Below, piece by piece: positions 48,126 to 60,170 of a stretch of 64,000 bases of DNA (position 1 is its first letter; each line of letters starts with the position of its first letter). Source of the DNA: Syntrophorhabdaceae bacterium (GTDB lineage Bacteria > Desulfobacterota > Syntrophorhabdia > Syntrophorhabdales > Syntrophorhabdaceae); the NCBI GenBank assembly GCA_963665295.1, contig OY762209.1, forward strand, positions 3,808,001-3,872,000. The letters are read 5' to 3'. Below the pieces are notes generated by a model. It was not told where the DNA came from and ran no database searches. It was given only the letters and a program-made list of their open reading frames with translations. Position numbers and translations under genes: made by a program.

Positions 48126-49382
48126 TTATTCCTTCACCAGGGCCTTTCCCCGCTGTCGCGCATTCCGAAGGACTTCTTCCTCTCCGGGCACGTGCCGTCC
48201 TTCCATGACCACTTCTCCCATGCATATGACCGTATCGACGACATAACCATTGGAGGAATAAACTACATCGGAGTAAACGTCAAAACCCGGAGTCATCTCG
48301 GGCCTTGCGAGGTCCAGAAGGATGATGTCGGGGCTATTCCCTACTTCAATCTCCCACTCGCCGAGACCGAATATTCCGGCTGCCTTTCTTGTGGCAATAT
48401 CAAAGACTTCCCGCGCGGGAAGGGCGGTGGGGTCGTTGGTTGAGAACTTTGCGAGAAGGGACGCGGTTTTCATGGTTTCAATGAGATCAAGGTTGTTGTT
48501 GGAGGCACAGCCGTCGGTGCCGAGGCAGAAAGGTATTTGTCTCTTCAGGATATCCACATAAGGGAAGAACTTTCCCACGGCAAGCTTCATATTGGAGACA
48601 GGATTATGCACCAGGCTCACGCCTCTTTCTTCAAGCACATCGCAGTCGTGTTCATCAAGCCAGCACCCGTGACAGCCGATAAACCTCTTCGACAATACAT
48701 CCAGGGAGTCAAGAAATCCGACGGGTGACATGCCGTACTTATCCTGAGAGAAGGATGCCTCTTCACCCGTCTCGGAAAGGTGCATATGGATCAGGATGTC
48801 GTGTTTCTCGGAAAAATCGCGCATCCACTGGAGGCTTTCGCGGCATACCGTATAAATGGCATGAGGGCCGAAGGTGAAGGTGACCTGGGGCCGGTACTTC
48901 TCCGATAACTCGAAGAGCCTTATATTGTTCTCCACTTCGTCATGGCATTTCCCGGGGTCGAACATATCGATAAAAACCGCGCTTATGAAACCCCTTATGC
49001 CCGCGTCGCATACCGCCTTCGCGGTGGCCTCCCAGAACCAGTACATATCGTTGAAAGCGGTTACCCCGTTTTTGATCATCTCAAGACATGCGAGTCTCGC
49101 ACCCCAGTAGACATCTTCTTCAGCGAGCTTCGACTCGAGGGGCCATATCTTTTCCTCGAGCCAGGGCTTGAGGGGCATGTCATCCGCATACCCTCTGAAG
49201 AGGGTCATGGCAGAATGGGTGTGGCCATTTATGAACGACGGCAAGGCGACCTTGTCCTTACCGCTGATTATCCTGTCCGGCACGCGCCCGCAGGCGTCCG
49301 ATATCTCCGTGATTACGCCGTCTTCAATAAATATGTCCTTGGTTTTCTTTTCTAATTGTACACCCTTGACAAGTATGTTCAT
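48126..49382 (-). CDS. mtaD: MTA/SAH deaminase-family amidohydrolase
   Basis: NGHTH, RGYADD, W..E, PHAIYT, HMHLSE, HNPVSN, GTDG..SNN. Confidence 0.8.
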   Translation of the reverse strand: MNILVKGVQLEKKTKDIFIEDGVITEISDACGRVPDRIISGKDKVALPSFINGHTHSAMTLFRGYADDMPLKPWLEEKIWPLESKLAEEDVYWGARLACLEMIKNGVTAFNDMYWFWEATAKAVCDAGIRGFISAVFIDMFDPGKCHDEVENNIRLFELSEKYRPQVTFTFGPHAIYTVCRESLQWMRDFSEKHDILIHMHLSETGEEASFSQDKYGMSPVGFLDSLDVLSKRFIGCHGCWLDEHDCDVLEERGVSLVHNPVSNMKLAVGKFFPYVDILKRQIPFCLGTDGCASNNNLDLIETMKTASLLAKFSTNDPTALPAREVFDIATRKAAGIFGLGEWEIEVGNSPDIILLDLARPEMTPGFDVYSDVVYSSNGYVVDTVICMGEVVMEGRHVPGEEEVLRNARQRGKALVKE

Positions 49383-49422
49383 TCAAAATCCCCTCGTGGT
49401 GCCTTTGTAGTAAGTAACCGCT

Positions 49423-50121
49423 TCAACAAGCCCCGTCCCTCTCCAGGAGTCCTGATAAGAGAGCTTCGATGGTTTGCAGACCCTTCGCAACATTTTTCGC
49501 AATCCGGTCCATGGTGAGAGGCACCTCGACAATCCCGTTACAATAATTATCGACAGAACACAGGCTTGCGTAAGGAATACCCGCCTCCCTGCAGAGGGTG
49601 GCTTCCGATGCCATGGTCATGCCGACGATATCCCCGTAGTTTCGAAGAAGTTCGATCTCTGCCCTTGTCTCCAGTCTCGGTCCCCGGGTCTGTATGTATA
49701 CCCCTCCCAGGGCGACATCCATGCCTGCCTCGCGACACCGGGCTCCGAGGTATTCCCTCAGTTCATCGTCCATTCCAGGAATGGTAAACCTCATTTCTTC
49801 GTCAAAAAAGGTAGGCACGTCCCAAAGGGAGATGAAATCGTGAGGCACCACGAATGAGGCAGGTCTAAGGCCCGGTTTGAGACTGCCCACGGAGTTGACC
49901 GCCACCACCTGATTCACATTCATCTTCCCGAGGGCCCAGATATGGGCGCGATGATTTATCCTGTGAGGGGGAAGGGGAGGGGTTCCGTGCCTTTGAACAA
50001 AAAAATGCCTGCCATCCGTTCTGATACGGGCCTCTCCATAAGGAGTCTCACAGGATAGTATTTCCCATCCCGTGAAGAGAGACGAAGCGGTGAGCGAGGT
50101 TCCGCCTATGATTGCGAGCAT
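49423..50121 (-). CDS. mtnP: MTAP-family nucleoside phosphorylase (MTA/MTI)
   Basis: IIGGT, TPYG, RHG, PPHRIN, VGSL, GPRLET.AE, VGMT. Confidence 0.8.
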   Translation of the reverse strand: MLAIIGGTSLTASSLFTGWEILSCETPYGEARIRTDGRHFFVQRHGTPPLPPHRINHRAHIWALGKMNVNQVVAVNSVGSLKPGLRPASFVVPHDFISLWDVPTFFDEEMRFTIPGMDDELREYLGARCREAGMDVALGGVYIQTRGPRLETRAEIELLRNYGDIVGMTMASEATLCREAGIPYASLCSVDNYCNGIVEVPLTMDRIAKNVAKGLQTIEALLSGLLERDGAC

Positions 50122-50202
50122 TCGAGCCGTCCTTTCTTCCTTATATTCTCTTTCTGCCTTATTCCGGCCGATTCACTTTTTACTATCCGTAGACTCCCGT
50201 AG

Positions 50203-52479
<2,277 letters not shown>

Positions 52480-52494
52480 TTAGAAGATAGGCAT

Positions 52495-54237
52495 ATGGAA
52501 AAACGATCTATTTCGGAAGTACTGGAGGAGATAGGGTCCCTCCTCGAGATTAAGGGAGAAAATTCGTTTAAAGTCAACGCCTACTACAAGGCGTCAAGGT
52601 CCCTGGCTGCCGTGGAGGACCTGGAGAAGGTCGTAAAGGAAAAAAAGCTGAGGGAAATCCAGGGCATCGGTGGGGCCCTTGCCGCGAAGATTGAAGAGTA
52701 TTACGAGACCGGCAAGATAGATTATCACGAAGAACTCAAGAAGGAAGTGCCCCCGGGTCTTCTTGAGATGGCGGAGGTCCCGAACCTGGGCCCCAAAAAG
52801 ATCAAGGTCCTTTACGCCGAGCTTGGTATTACGGACCTGGGCGAACTCGAATATGCGTGCAAGGAGAACAGGCTTATCACCCTCCCCGGTTTCGGGGAGA
52901 AGACCCAGGAGAATATCCTGAAAGGGATCGAGTTCCTTAAGAAGAATAAAGGGCGGTATCTCTTCGGCGACATCTACCCCATGGCAGAGGCAATCAAGGA
53001 TAGATTGAAGAAGTCTTTGCCCGGTCATCTTGTGGAGGTATGCGGAAGCATCCGCAGAAAGAAAGAGGTGGTGAGAGATATCGATGTTCTTGTTGCAGGA
53101 ACGGACTACGAACATGTCGCGTCCGTCTTTGTCTCGTTCCCCGAGGTGGATGAAGTGCTGCTCCGGGGCGATACCAAAACATCATGTCGACTGAGATCCG
53201 GCATCGAGGCTGATCTGAGGGTGGTAAACGAGGAATCGTTCCCTTACGCGCTCCTGTACTTCACAGGGAGTAAGGAACACAATGTAAAACTCAGGGGCAT
53301 AGCGAAGAAGAAGGGCTGGAAGTTGAACGAATACGGGTTGTTCGAGGATGAACGGCCGATTCGGTGCCTGAACGAGGCCGAGATATTTCGCGCCTTGGGT
53401 CTCTCTTTCGTTCCTCCGGAACTTAGGGAGGACATGGGGGAGATAGAGGCCGCGGAGCAGGGGTTGATCCCGGCCCTCGTGACCGAGGCGGATATAAAAG
53501 GCACGTTTCATGTCCATACCGACTTCAGCGACGGCCTGGAAGGGGTGGAGCGTATGGTCGATGCCGCCCGAGGCATGGGTTTCTCCTATGTGGGGATAAC
53601 GGACCACAGCAAGAGCGCGTACTACGCGGGGGGACTCAAGAAAGAAGATGTGCTGAGACAATGGGAGGCGATCGACAGCCTGAGGGTTCTCAATCCCGAC
53701 ATCTACATATTCAAGGGAATCGAAAGCGACATCCTGCCTGACGGCAGTCTCGACTACGATGAAGAGACTCTCGAGGGTTTCGATTTTGTTGTTGCGTCGG
53801 TGCACTCAAACTTCACCATGAAGCAGGAGGAGATGGAAACGAGGATCATAAAGGCTCTAAAGAACCCCTATACCACGATGCTCGGCCACCCCACGGGACG
53901 CCTCCTCCTTTCAAGGGACGGGTACAACGTGGATATGAGAAATATCATCGACGCCGCCAGTGATAACGGGGTGGTAATCGAACTGAACGCAAGCCGGTAC
54001 CGGCTTGACATAGACTGGCGTTATCTGAAATATGCAAAGGAGAGGGGCGTTCTCATATCGATCAACCCCGACGCACATTCTGTTCAGGGTATGGCTGAGA
54101 TACCCTACGGGGTCGGCATAGCCCGCAAGGGGTGGCAGGAAAGCAAAGATATATTGAATACAAGGGGTGTTAGTGATATAAAAGATACATTCCAGAGGCT
54201 TAGGAATGGAAGAAAATATAAAGGCTATAATACATAA
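52495..54237 (+). CDS. polX: DNA polymerase X with C-terminal PHP domain
   Basis: GEN.FK..AY, GSIRR....DID, DLR, YFTGS, LNEYG; PHP motifs HVHT, TDH, GIE, HP, DAH; start at ATG 52495. Confidence 0.93.
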   Translation: MEKRSISEVLEEIGSLLEIKGENSFKVNAYYKASRSLAAVEDLEKVVKEKKLREIQGIGGALAAKIEEYYETGKIDYHEELKKEVPPGLLEMAEVPNLGPKKIKVLYAELGITDLGELEYACKENRLITLPGFGEKTQENILKGIEFLKKNKGRYLFGDIYPMAEAIKDRLKKSLPGHLVEVCGSIRRKKEVVRDIDVLVAGTDYEHVASVFVSFPEVDEVLLRGDTKTSCRLRSGIEADLRVVNEESFPYALLYFTGSKEHNVKLRGIAKKKGWKLNEYGLFEDERPIRCLNEAEIFRALGLSFVPPELREDMGEIEAAEQGLIPALVTEADIKGTFHVHTDFSDGLEGVERMVDAARGMGFSYVGITDHSKSAYYAGGLKKEDVLRQWEAIDSLRVLNPDIYIFKGIESDILPDGSLDYDEETLEGFDFVVASVHSNFTMKQEEMETRIIKALKNPYTTMLGHPTGRLLLSRDGYNVDMRNIIDAASDNGVVIELNASRYRLDIDWRYLKYAKERGVLISINPDAHSVQGMAEIPYGVGIARKGWQESKDILNTRGVSDIKDTFQRLRNGRKYKGYNT

Positions 54238-54844
54238 TCTCGAAGAAATGCATGGCGGCGGGAAGATTGAACTCAAGTATGAGACCCCGCTTCAGCTTGT
54301 TGTCGCCACAGTCCTGTCCGCACAGTGCACGGATGAAAGGGTCAACAGGCTTACTCCGGGTCTTTTTAAGAAATACAAGGACTTTGAGGACTATCTTAAT
54401 GTTCCTCTTGAGGAACTCGAAGGAGATATCAAACCTAGCGGCTTTTACCACAATAAGGCAAAGGCTATCAGGAATATCGCTTTCGAGGTCAACACGCGGT
54501 TCGGGGGCCATATCCCGGAAGATGTGGATACCCTCGCAACAATCAAGGGTCTGGGACGGAAATCGGCCAACCTTATCGCGGGAGTAGCCTTCGGCAAAGC
54601 GGCGATTGTAGTCGATACCCATGTGATCAGAGTGTCGGGCAGGGTAGGGCTGACCGGAAACAAGGACCCGGAAAAGATAGAAACCGACCTGAAGAAACAG
54701 GTCCCCGAGAGTGAATGGACAAAGTTTTCGCTTCTTGTAACCCTCCATGGCCGGTACGTGTGCAAGGCGAGGAAACCTGACTGTGAGAGATGTCTTATAC
54801 GCAACTACTGTGACTACTGGTTGGGAGGAATGGCAAATGTTTGA
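54206..54844 (+). CDS. nth: Endonuclease III, copy 2
   Basis: LSAQCTD.RVN, GLGRKSAN, VDTHV.R, CKARKPDCERC....C. Confidence 0.92.
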   Translation: MEENIKAIIHNLEEMHGGGKIELKYETPLQLVVATVLSAQCTDERVNRLTPGLFKKYKDFEDYLNVPLEELEGDIKPSGFYHNKAKAIRNIAFEVNTRFGGHIPEDVDTLATIKGLGRKSANLIAGVAFGKAAIVVDTHVIRVSGRVGLTGNKDPEKIETDLKKQVPESEWTKFSLLVTLHGRYVCKARKPDCERCLIRNYCDYWLGGMANV

Positions 54845-56726
54845 AAAGGAAAGGCTTGGGGAAGATGAATCGCGGAAGTTGAGTGAACTGTCCCGCTTAG
54901 CCAAAGGCGACATTATTACAATGACAAGATTGGCGGGTTCGGGTCATCCGGGAGGTTCAATATCTTCCCTTGACGCGTATCTCGTGTTTTTTTCGTACGC
55001 CCGGCTCGATGGCAAGGCCAGGGACCGGGTCGTGGTGAGCCATGGCCACACGTCTCCAGGCGTCTATGCAAGCCTCGCAAGGCTTGGGTACCTGCCTCCC
55101 GAGGAGGTCGTCGCGTTTTTCAGAAAAGGGGGTAGCCCTTTCGAGGGACATGTGGTCAAAGGCATTCCCTTTATCGACTGGTCTACCGGAAATCTCGGCC
55201 AGGGACTCTCGGCGGGGTGCGGGTTCGCCCTTGCCTCCCGGCTTCGTGAAGAGGACGCCCACGTGTACGTCTTTATGGGAGACGGCGAACAGCAGAAAGG
55301 GCAGATTTCAGAGGCAAGACGGTTTGCGAAGAAATTCGGCCTTTCGAACATTACTGCGGTGATAGACTACAACGGCCTCCAGATCAGCGGAGCCATCGAC
55401 TGCGTGATGCCTCAGAATATCGCGGAAAACTATCTCTCGGACGGATGGGACGTTCTGGAAATCGACGGACATGATTATGGCGAGATCTACGGCGCGCTCA
55501 AAAAAGCGAGAAGCAGCGAGAATCCCACGTGTATCCTTGCCCGCACCGTAATGGGGAAGGGCATACCATTTATGGAGAACAAAGAGAAGTATCACGGGAG
55601 CCCTCTTAATGAGAATGAGTACAAAGAGGCCCTCGCGGCCCTGGGGCTCGATGACCGCATGGAGGCATTCAGAGAGCGGAGAAAAGGTGTGTGTACCTGG
55701 AAGGCCCCTGTAAAGGACACGGAAATGCTTATCGATTCCGGTACGCCCTTCACATACACGGATGCGGACAAGGTTGACAATAGAAGTGCTTTCGGGAAGG
55801 CCCTGAAAGATCTTGGAGAAAGGAATATCGGCAAGGGTGTGATAGTGTGCGCCGTTGACTGTGATCTTGCGAGTTCTGTAAAAACGGCTGATTTTGCAAA
55901 GGTTTTTCCACAGTATTTCTTCCAGAGCGGCATACAGGAGCATAATGCCGCCACCGTCTCGGGCGCCTTGTCCGTAGACGGGGTCCTCACGTTTTTTGCC
56001 GATTTCGGTGCTTTCGGCATAGACGAGACTTACAACCAGCAGAGACTTAACGACATAAACAAGTCAAATCTGAAACTGGTCCTGACCCACGTGGGTCTTG
56101 ATGTGGGACAGGACGGCAAGACCCACCAGTGCGTGGACTACATAAGCCTCGCCAGTAACCTTCACAACTTCAAGGTTATTGTACCCTGTGACCCGAACCA
56201 GACGGACAGAGCTATACGATACGCGGCACGGACGAGAGGCAATTTTCTTGTTGCCATGGGACGTTCGCGCTGGCAGGTAGTGGTGGATAGCCGGGGGACG
56301 CCGGTCTATGGGAACGAGTCTGTCTTTGAATACGGCCGCATGGACCGATTGAGAGAAGGAAAAGAGGCGGTGGTTATCAGTTATGGCGGCATGCTGGGGA
56401 AAGCGCTCTCTATAGCGGATACGCTGGCGAAGGAAGGGATACAGGTTGGAGTGGTGAACATGCCCTCCGTAAAGGAGGTAGATGGGGAGGCTATGGAAAA
56501 GTTGCTCCAGGTACCGGTCATCATTACCTATGAAGACCATAATGTGGAGACGGGTATAGCCCCGCGGATTGCTTCCTATCTTCTCCGCCACGGTTTCAGG
56601 GGACGGATGGAGTCCTTCGGCGTGAAGCAATACGGGGTGTCCGGTGAAGCCGAGGAGGCCTACGAGGTGGAAGGGCTTGACGTGGCGACTATGGTAAAGA
56701 CCCTGTCCGGAATAATCAGGGGCTGA
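54837..56726 (+). CDS. tkt: Transketolase
   Basis: SGHPGG, SHGH, GNLGQG, GDGE TPP motif, GIQEHN, GQDGKTHQ. Confidence 0.9.
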   Translation: MFEKERLGEDESRKLSELSRLAKGDIITMTRLAGSGHPGGSISSLDAYLVFFSYARLDGKARDRVVVSHGHTSPGVYASLARLGYLPPEEVVAFFRKGGSPFEGHVVKGIPFIDWSTGNLGQGLSAGCGFALASRLREEDAHVYVFMGDGEQQKGQISEARRFAKKFGLSNITAVIDYNGLQISGAIDCVMPQNIAENYLSDGWDVLEIDGHDYGEIYGALKKARSSENPTCILARTVMGKGIPFMENKEKYHGSPLNENEYKEALAALGLDDRMEAFRERRKGVCTWKAPVKDTEMLIDSGTPFTYTDADKVDNRSAFGKALKDLGERNIGKGVIVCAVDCDLASSVKTADFAKVFPQYFFQSGIQEHNAATVSGALSVDGVLTFFADFGAFGIDETYNQQRLNDINKSNLKLVLTHVGLDVGQDGKTHQCVDYISLASNLHNFKVIVPCDPNQTDRAIRYAARTRGNFLVAMGRSRWQVVVDSRGTPVYGNESVFEYGRMDRLREGKEAVVISYGGMLGKALSIADTLAKEGIQVGVVNMPSVKEVDGEAMEKLLQVPVIITYEDHNVETGIAPRIASYLLRHGFRGRMESFGVKQYGVSGEAEEAYEVEGLDVATMVKTLSGIIRG

Positions 56727-56775
56727 GGAACCAAACCTCAGCAAATACAGATCACCTATCTTAAAAGGGGATGCG

Positions 56776-58062
56776 ATGGATGATATAAAGGGCATGTATA
56801 AGAAGGTTGTAAAGGACAGTTTTCCCGATAGCCTTACCATTGACATGGGCGGGCAGAAGCTCGTGTACAGAAAGAAGGTCTGGAGCATCTTCGACGCCGA
56901 TGAGAATTGCGACGTGGAGAGGGGCATCAGGTATGGCGAGAACCCCGACCAGGCTGCGGCCATGTATGAACTGATCAACGGCAATATAGTGCTGGGGGAT
57001 GTGAGGTTTTTTGACTTCGATGGAGGCCTTACAAGCAAGGTAACCGAGAAGGACATGCTTCAGGTGGGAAAACACCCGGGCAAGATCAATCTCACCGATG
57101 TGGATAATGCCCTCAATATTTTGAAATTCCTTGACCGGAAGCCTGCGTGCGCGATCATGAAACATAACAATCCCTGTGGAGTGGCCTATGGTTCCGTCCC
57201 GGCGGAAGCATTCGAAAAGGCATTCTGGTGTGACAGGATAGCTGCTTTCGGAGGGGCGGTTGTTTTTACAAAAACCCTTGACGCGGAGACGGCGAAGGCT
57301 ATGGTCCCCTACTACTTCGAGGTGGTGTGCGCCCCGGATTTTGAAGGGGCTGCCGTCGACATACTGAAGAAATGGAAGAATCTCCGGATTCTGGAGATAA
57401 AAGAGATAGAAAGGTTACACGCATATAAGACAAAAAGGTTCATAGACATGAAATCGCTGATGGACGGCGGCCTCATCATTCAGGAATCACAGCCCTTCAG
57501 AATAAAAGGGCGGGAGGATCTGAAGACTGCGGAGACCGTGTACAAAGGTGAGACACACAGAATCAAGAGAGCGCCCACCGATAAGGAATATGCGGATATG
57601 CTCTTCGGCTGGTACGTCGAGTCGGGGGTCAGCTCCAATTCCGCCCTTTTTGTAAAGGATGAAGCTACTGTGGCGATAGGCACCGGCGAACAGGACAGGG
57701 TAGGGGTGGTTGAAATAGCCACATTCAAGGCATACAAGAAATTCATGGACGCCGAGGTGTTCAGGAAGTACGGTGTTTCCTATGCCGTCTTCAGACTTGA
57801 GGCGGACCGGAAAGAAAGAAGGATGGAAGACCTTATCGCCATAGAAAAGCATGCCAGAGAGATGAGAGCCGGCCTGACGGGTTCGGTGGTGGTGTCGGAC
57901 GGGTTTTTTCCCTTCAGGGACGGTGTTGACGCAGCGATAAAGGAGGGAGTCACCGGTGTGATTCAGCCGGGTGGGTCTGAGCGCGATTTCGAGGTGATCG
58001 AAGCATGCAACGAATCTGACGTGACAATGGTTTTTGCCGGGCAGAGGCTTTTCAAGCACTAG
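56776..58062 (+). CDS. purH: PurH-like AICAR transformylase lacking the N-terminal MGS-like cyclohydrolase domain
   Basis: RYGENPDQ, KHNNPCG, SDGFFPFRD, IQPGGS.RD, RLFKH. Confidence 0.8.
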   Translation: MDDIKGMYKKVVKDSFPDSLTIDMGGQKLVYRKKVWSIFDADENCDVERGIRYGENPDQAAAMYELINGNIVLGDVRFFDFDGGLTSKVTEKDMLQVGKHPGKINLTDVDNALNILKFLDRKPACAIMKHNNPCGVAYGSVPAEAFEKAFWCDRIAAFGGAVVFTKTLDAETAKAMVPYYFEVVCAPDFEGAAVDILKKWKNLRILEIKEIERLHAYKTKRFIDMKSLMDGGLIIQESQPFRIKGREDLKTAETVYKGETHRIKRAPTDKEYADMLFGWYVESGVSSNSALFVKDEATVAIGTGEQDRVGVVEIATFKAYKKFMDAEVFRKYGVSYAVFRLEADRKERRMEDLIAIEKHAREMRAGLTGSVVVSDGFFPFRDGVDAAIKEGVTGVIQPGGSERDFEVIEACNESDVTMVFAGQRLFKH

Positions 58063-58178
58063 CTTTGAAGTCCTCTTTGATTTCAGGTACTCCGGGAGAA
58101 TAGGGAAATTTGTGTACGTCGGGGCGGGTGTCCTGTCGGGAATTTCTGCACAAATAGAACAATTCGTTTTAATTTTTA

Positions 58179-58225
58179 TTGACAAAGAGAGTAATATGCA
58201 AATATAATTGTGAAAATTATTACAA
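58179..58225 (+). promoter_or_regulatory. Consensus sigma70 promoter overlapped by a Rex-like operator
   Basis: TTGACA(58179)-18-TATAAT(58203); TTGTGAAAATTATTACAA at 58208-58225. Confidence 0.65.
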
Positions 58226-58259
58226 TTGAACTAATATCAAAACACCAGGGGAGGTAAAA

Positions 58260-59978
58260 ATGAGACCCTACTTCGAAAAGATGCAGGAATGGGTTAAACC
58301 GGCGAAGGTTAACGCAGCCAACGCCGCGGAGATTAAGAAGGTTGAGGAAGAGTTAGCGGAACTTATCGAAAAGAATAAGAACGCGGGAATGCCTAAGGAG
58401 GTTTTGAACAAGAGAGGAGAATGGACAGTCCATCAGAGACTTGAATATATCGTGGACCCCGGCACATGGGCGCCTCTTCACCTTCTCTATGATCCCATGG
58501 ATGAAGAGTCCGGAACCACGGGCGTTGTGGACGGCCTCGGAAGGATCAATGGCAGATGGTGCGTGATCATCGGTTTCGACAACAAGGTTATGGCGGGTGC
58601 GTGGATTGCAGGCCAGTCAGACAACATACTCAGGGTCACGGACATTGCGAAAAGGCTTCATTGCCCGCTCGTATGGCTCGTCAACTGCAGCGGTGTGAAG
58701 CTGCCTGAGCAGGAAAAGGTTTATGCAAACAGGCGTGGAAACGGCACCACATTCTTCAGGCACGCGGAACTGAATAAATTGGGTATCCCTGTGCTGGCTG
58801 CCATATACGGGACGAACCCCGCAGGTGGTGGATATCAGGGGATCAGCCCCACCCTGCTTCTCGCCCACAAAGATTGTAACATTGCCGTCGGCGGCGCGGG
58901 TATCGTAAGTGGTATGGCACCGAAGGGTTATTTTGACGAGGGAATGGCGGAACAGCTTATCGACGCCACCAGAAAATTCAAATCCGTACCCCCGGGCAGA
59001 GTGGAGATACACTATGACGCCACAGGGTTTTTCAGGGAAGTGCACCCCTCCGAGGAAAGTCTGCTTGACTCCTTGAAGGCCTGGGTGGTCAAGCTGCCCG
59101 CATACGATGCGAGTTTCTTCAGGGTAGCAGCTCCGGCCGAACCCAAGTTCCCGGCGGAAGACCTTTACAATATCGTGGCCTTCAACCAGAAAATGATCTA
59201 CGACGTAGAGCAGTTTATGGCACGGTTGACGGACAATAGTGAGCATATGGAATTCAGGCCGGATTACGGCCCCGAGTTGTATACGGGCCTTGTGAAGATA
59301 GACGGATTCCTTATCGGCGTTGTGGCAAACAGACAGGGTATGATGCCTAAAGGCTATCCCTCTTATGCGCCTTATCCCGGTATTGGTGGAAAGTTCTATC
59401 GTGAAGGACTCATCAAAGTTAACGAATTTGTCACCCTCTGCGGCAGAGACAGGGTTCCCATGCTCTGGATACAGGATACATCCGGTATCGACGTGGGAGA
59501 CATCGCGGAGAAGGCGGAACTTCTCGGCCTCGGTCAGGCCCTTATATACTCCATCGAGCAGAGCGACCTTCCCATGATGACCATCATCCTGAGGAAGGGA
59601 ACCGCCGCTGCCCACTATATCATGGCAGGGCCACAGGCCAACAACAACAACGCCTTCACCATCGGTACGGCGACTACGGAGATCTACGTCATGCACGGTG
59701 AGACCGCCGCGGCAGCGAGCTTTGCGAGAAGGCTCGTAAAAGAGAAAGACGCGGGCAAACCTCTCGCACCGGTCATCGACCAGATGAACAAGCTTGTGAA
59801 AGAATACTACGAGAAGTCCAGACCTGCGTATTGCGCGAGAGCGGGTCTTGTTGACGAAGTTGTAAAACTGACCGACATCAGGAAGTATCTGGTCGGCTTT
59901 GCAAACTGCGTCTACCAGAACCCGGCATCAATCACCCCGCAACACCAGATGATACTCCCGAGAATCATCAAGGGCTGA
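58260..59978 (+). CDS. gcdA: Glutaconyl-CoA decarboxylase alpha (carboxyltransferase) subunit
   Basis: DNKVMAGAW..GQ, NCSGVK..EQEKVY.NRRG, GTNPAGGGY, LRKGTAAAHY, HQMILPR, all recognisable from Acidaminococcus GcdA. Confidence 0.88.
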   Translation: MRPYFEKMQEWVKPAKVNAANAAEIKKVEEELAELIEKNKNAGMPKEVLNKRGEWTVHQRLEYIVDPGTWAPLHLLYDPMDEESGTTGVVDGLGRINGRWCVIIGFDNKVMAGAWIAGQSDNILRVTDIAKRLHCPLVWLVNCSGVKLPEQEKVYANRRGNGTTFFRHAELNKLGIPVLAAIYGTNPAGGGYQGISPTLLLAHKDCNIAVGGAGIVSGMAPKGYFDEGMAEQLIDATRKFKSVPPGRVEIHYDATGFFREVHPSEESLLDSLKAWVVKLPAYDASFFRVAAPAEPKFPAEDLYNIVAFNQKMIYDVEQFMARLTDNSEHMEFRPDYGPELYTGLVKIDGFLIGVVANRQGMMPKGYPSYAPYPGIGGKFYREGLIKVNEFVTLCGRDRVPMLWIQDTSGIDVGDIAEKAELLGLGQALIYSIEQSDLPMMTIILRKGTAAAHYIMAGPQANNNNAFTIGTATTEIYVMHGETAAAASFARRLVKEKDAGKPLAPVIDQMNKLVKEYYEKSRPAYCARAGLVDEVVKLTDIRKYLVGFANCVYQNPASITPQHQMILPRIIKG

Positions 59979-59991
59979 TCAACAAACATAT

Positions 59992-60029
59992 AAACGGGGC
60001 GGGCCTGAATGTCCGCCCCGTTTCTTTTT
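59992..60029 (+). terminator. Rho-independent terminator after gcdA
   Basis: AAACGGGGCGGGC/GTCCGCCCCGTTT stem followed by CTTTTT. Confidence 0.85.
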
Positions 60030-60034
60030 ACCTC

Positions 60035-60066
60035 TTGTTAACCAAAGCTCAACAATATGTTGACCA
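60035..60066. promoter_or_regulatory. Putative BirA operator upstream of bioF
   Basis: TTGTTAACC-N14-TGTTGACCA resembles the BirA palindrome TTGTCAACC-N14-GGTTGACAA. Confidence 0.55.
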
Positions 60067-60170
60067 TGCATACGATCGATGTTATGTATTTACTCTGTGT
60101 TATGGAGCCGTGCGGGTTGAGCGCTGCCCGGCATGGCTCTTTGTAATTTCCGGTAAAGGAGTGGCCCGGC

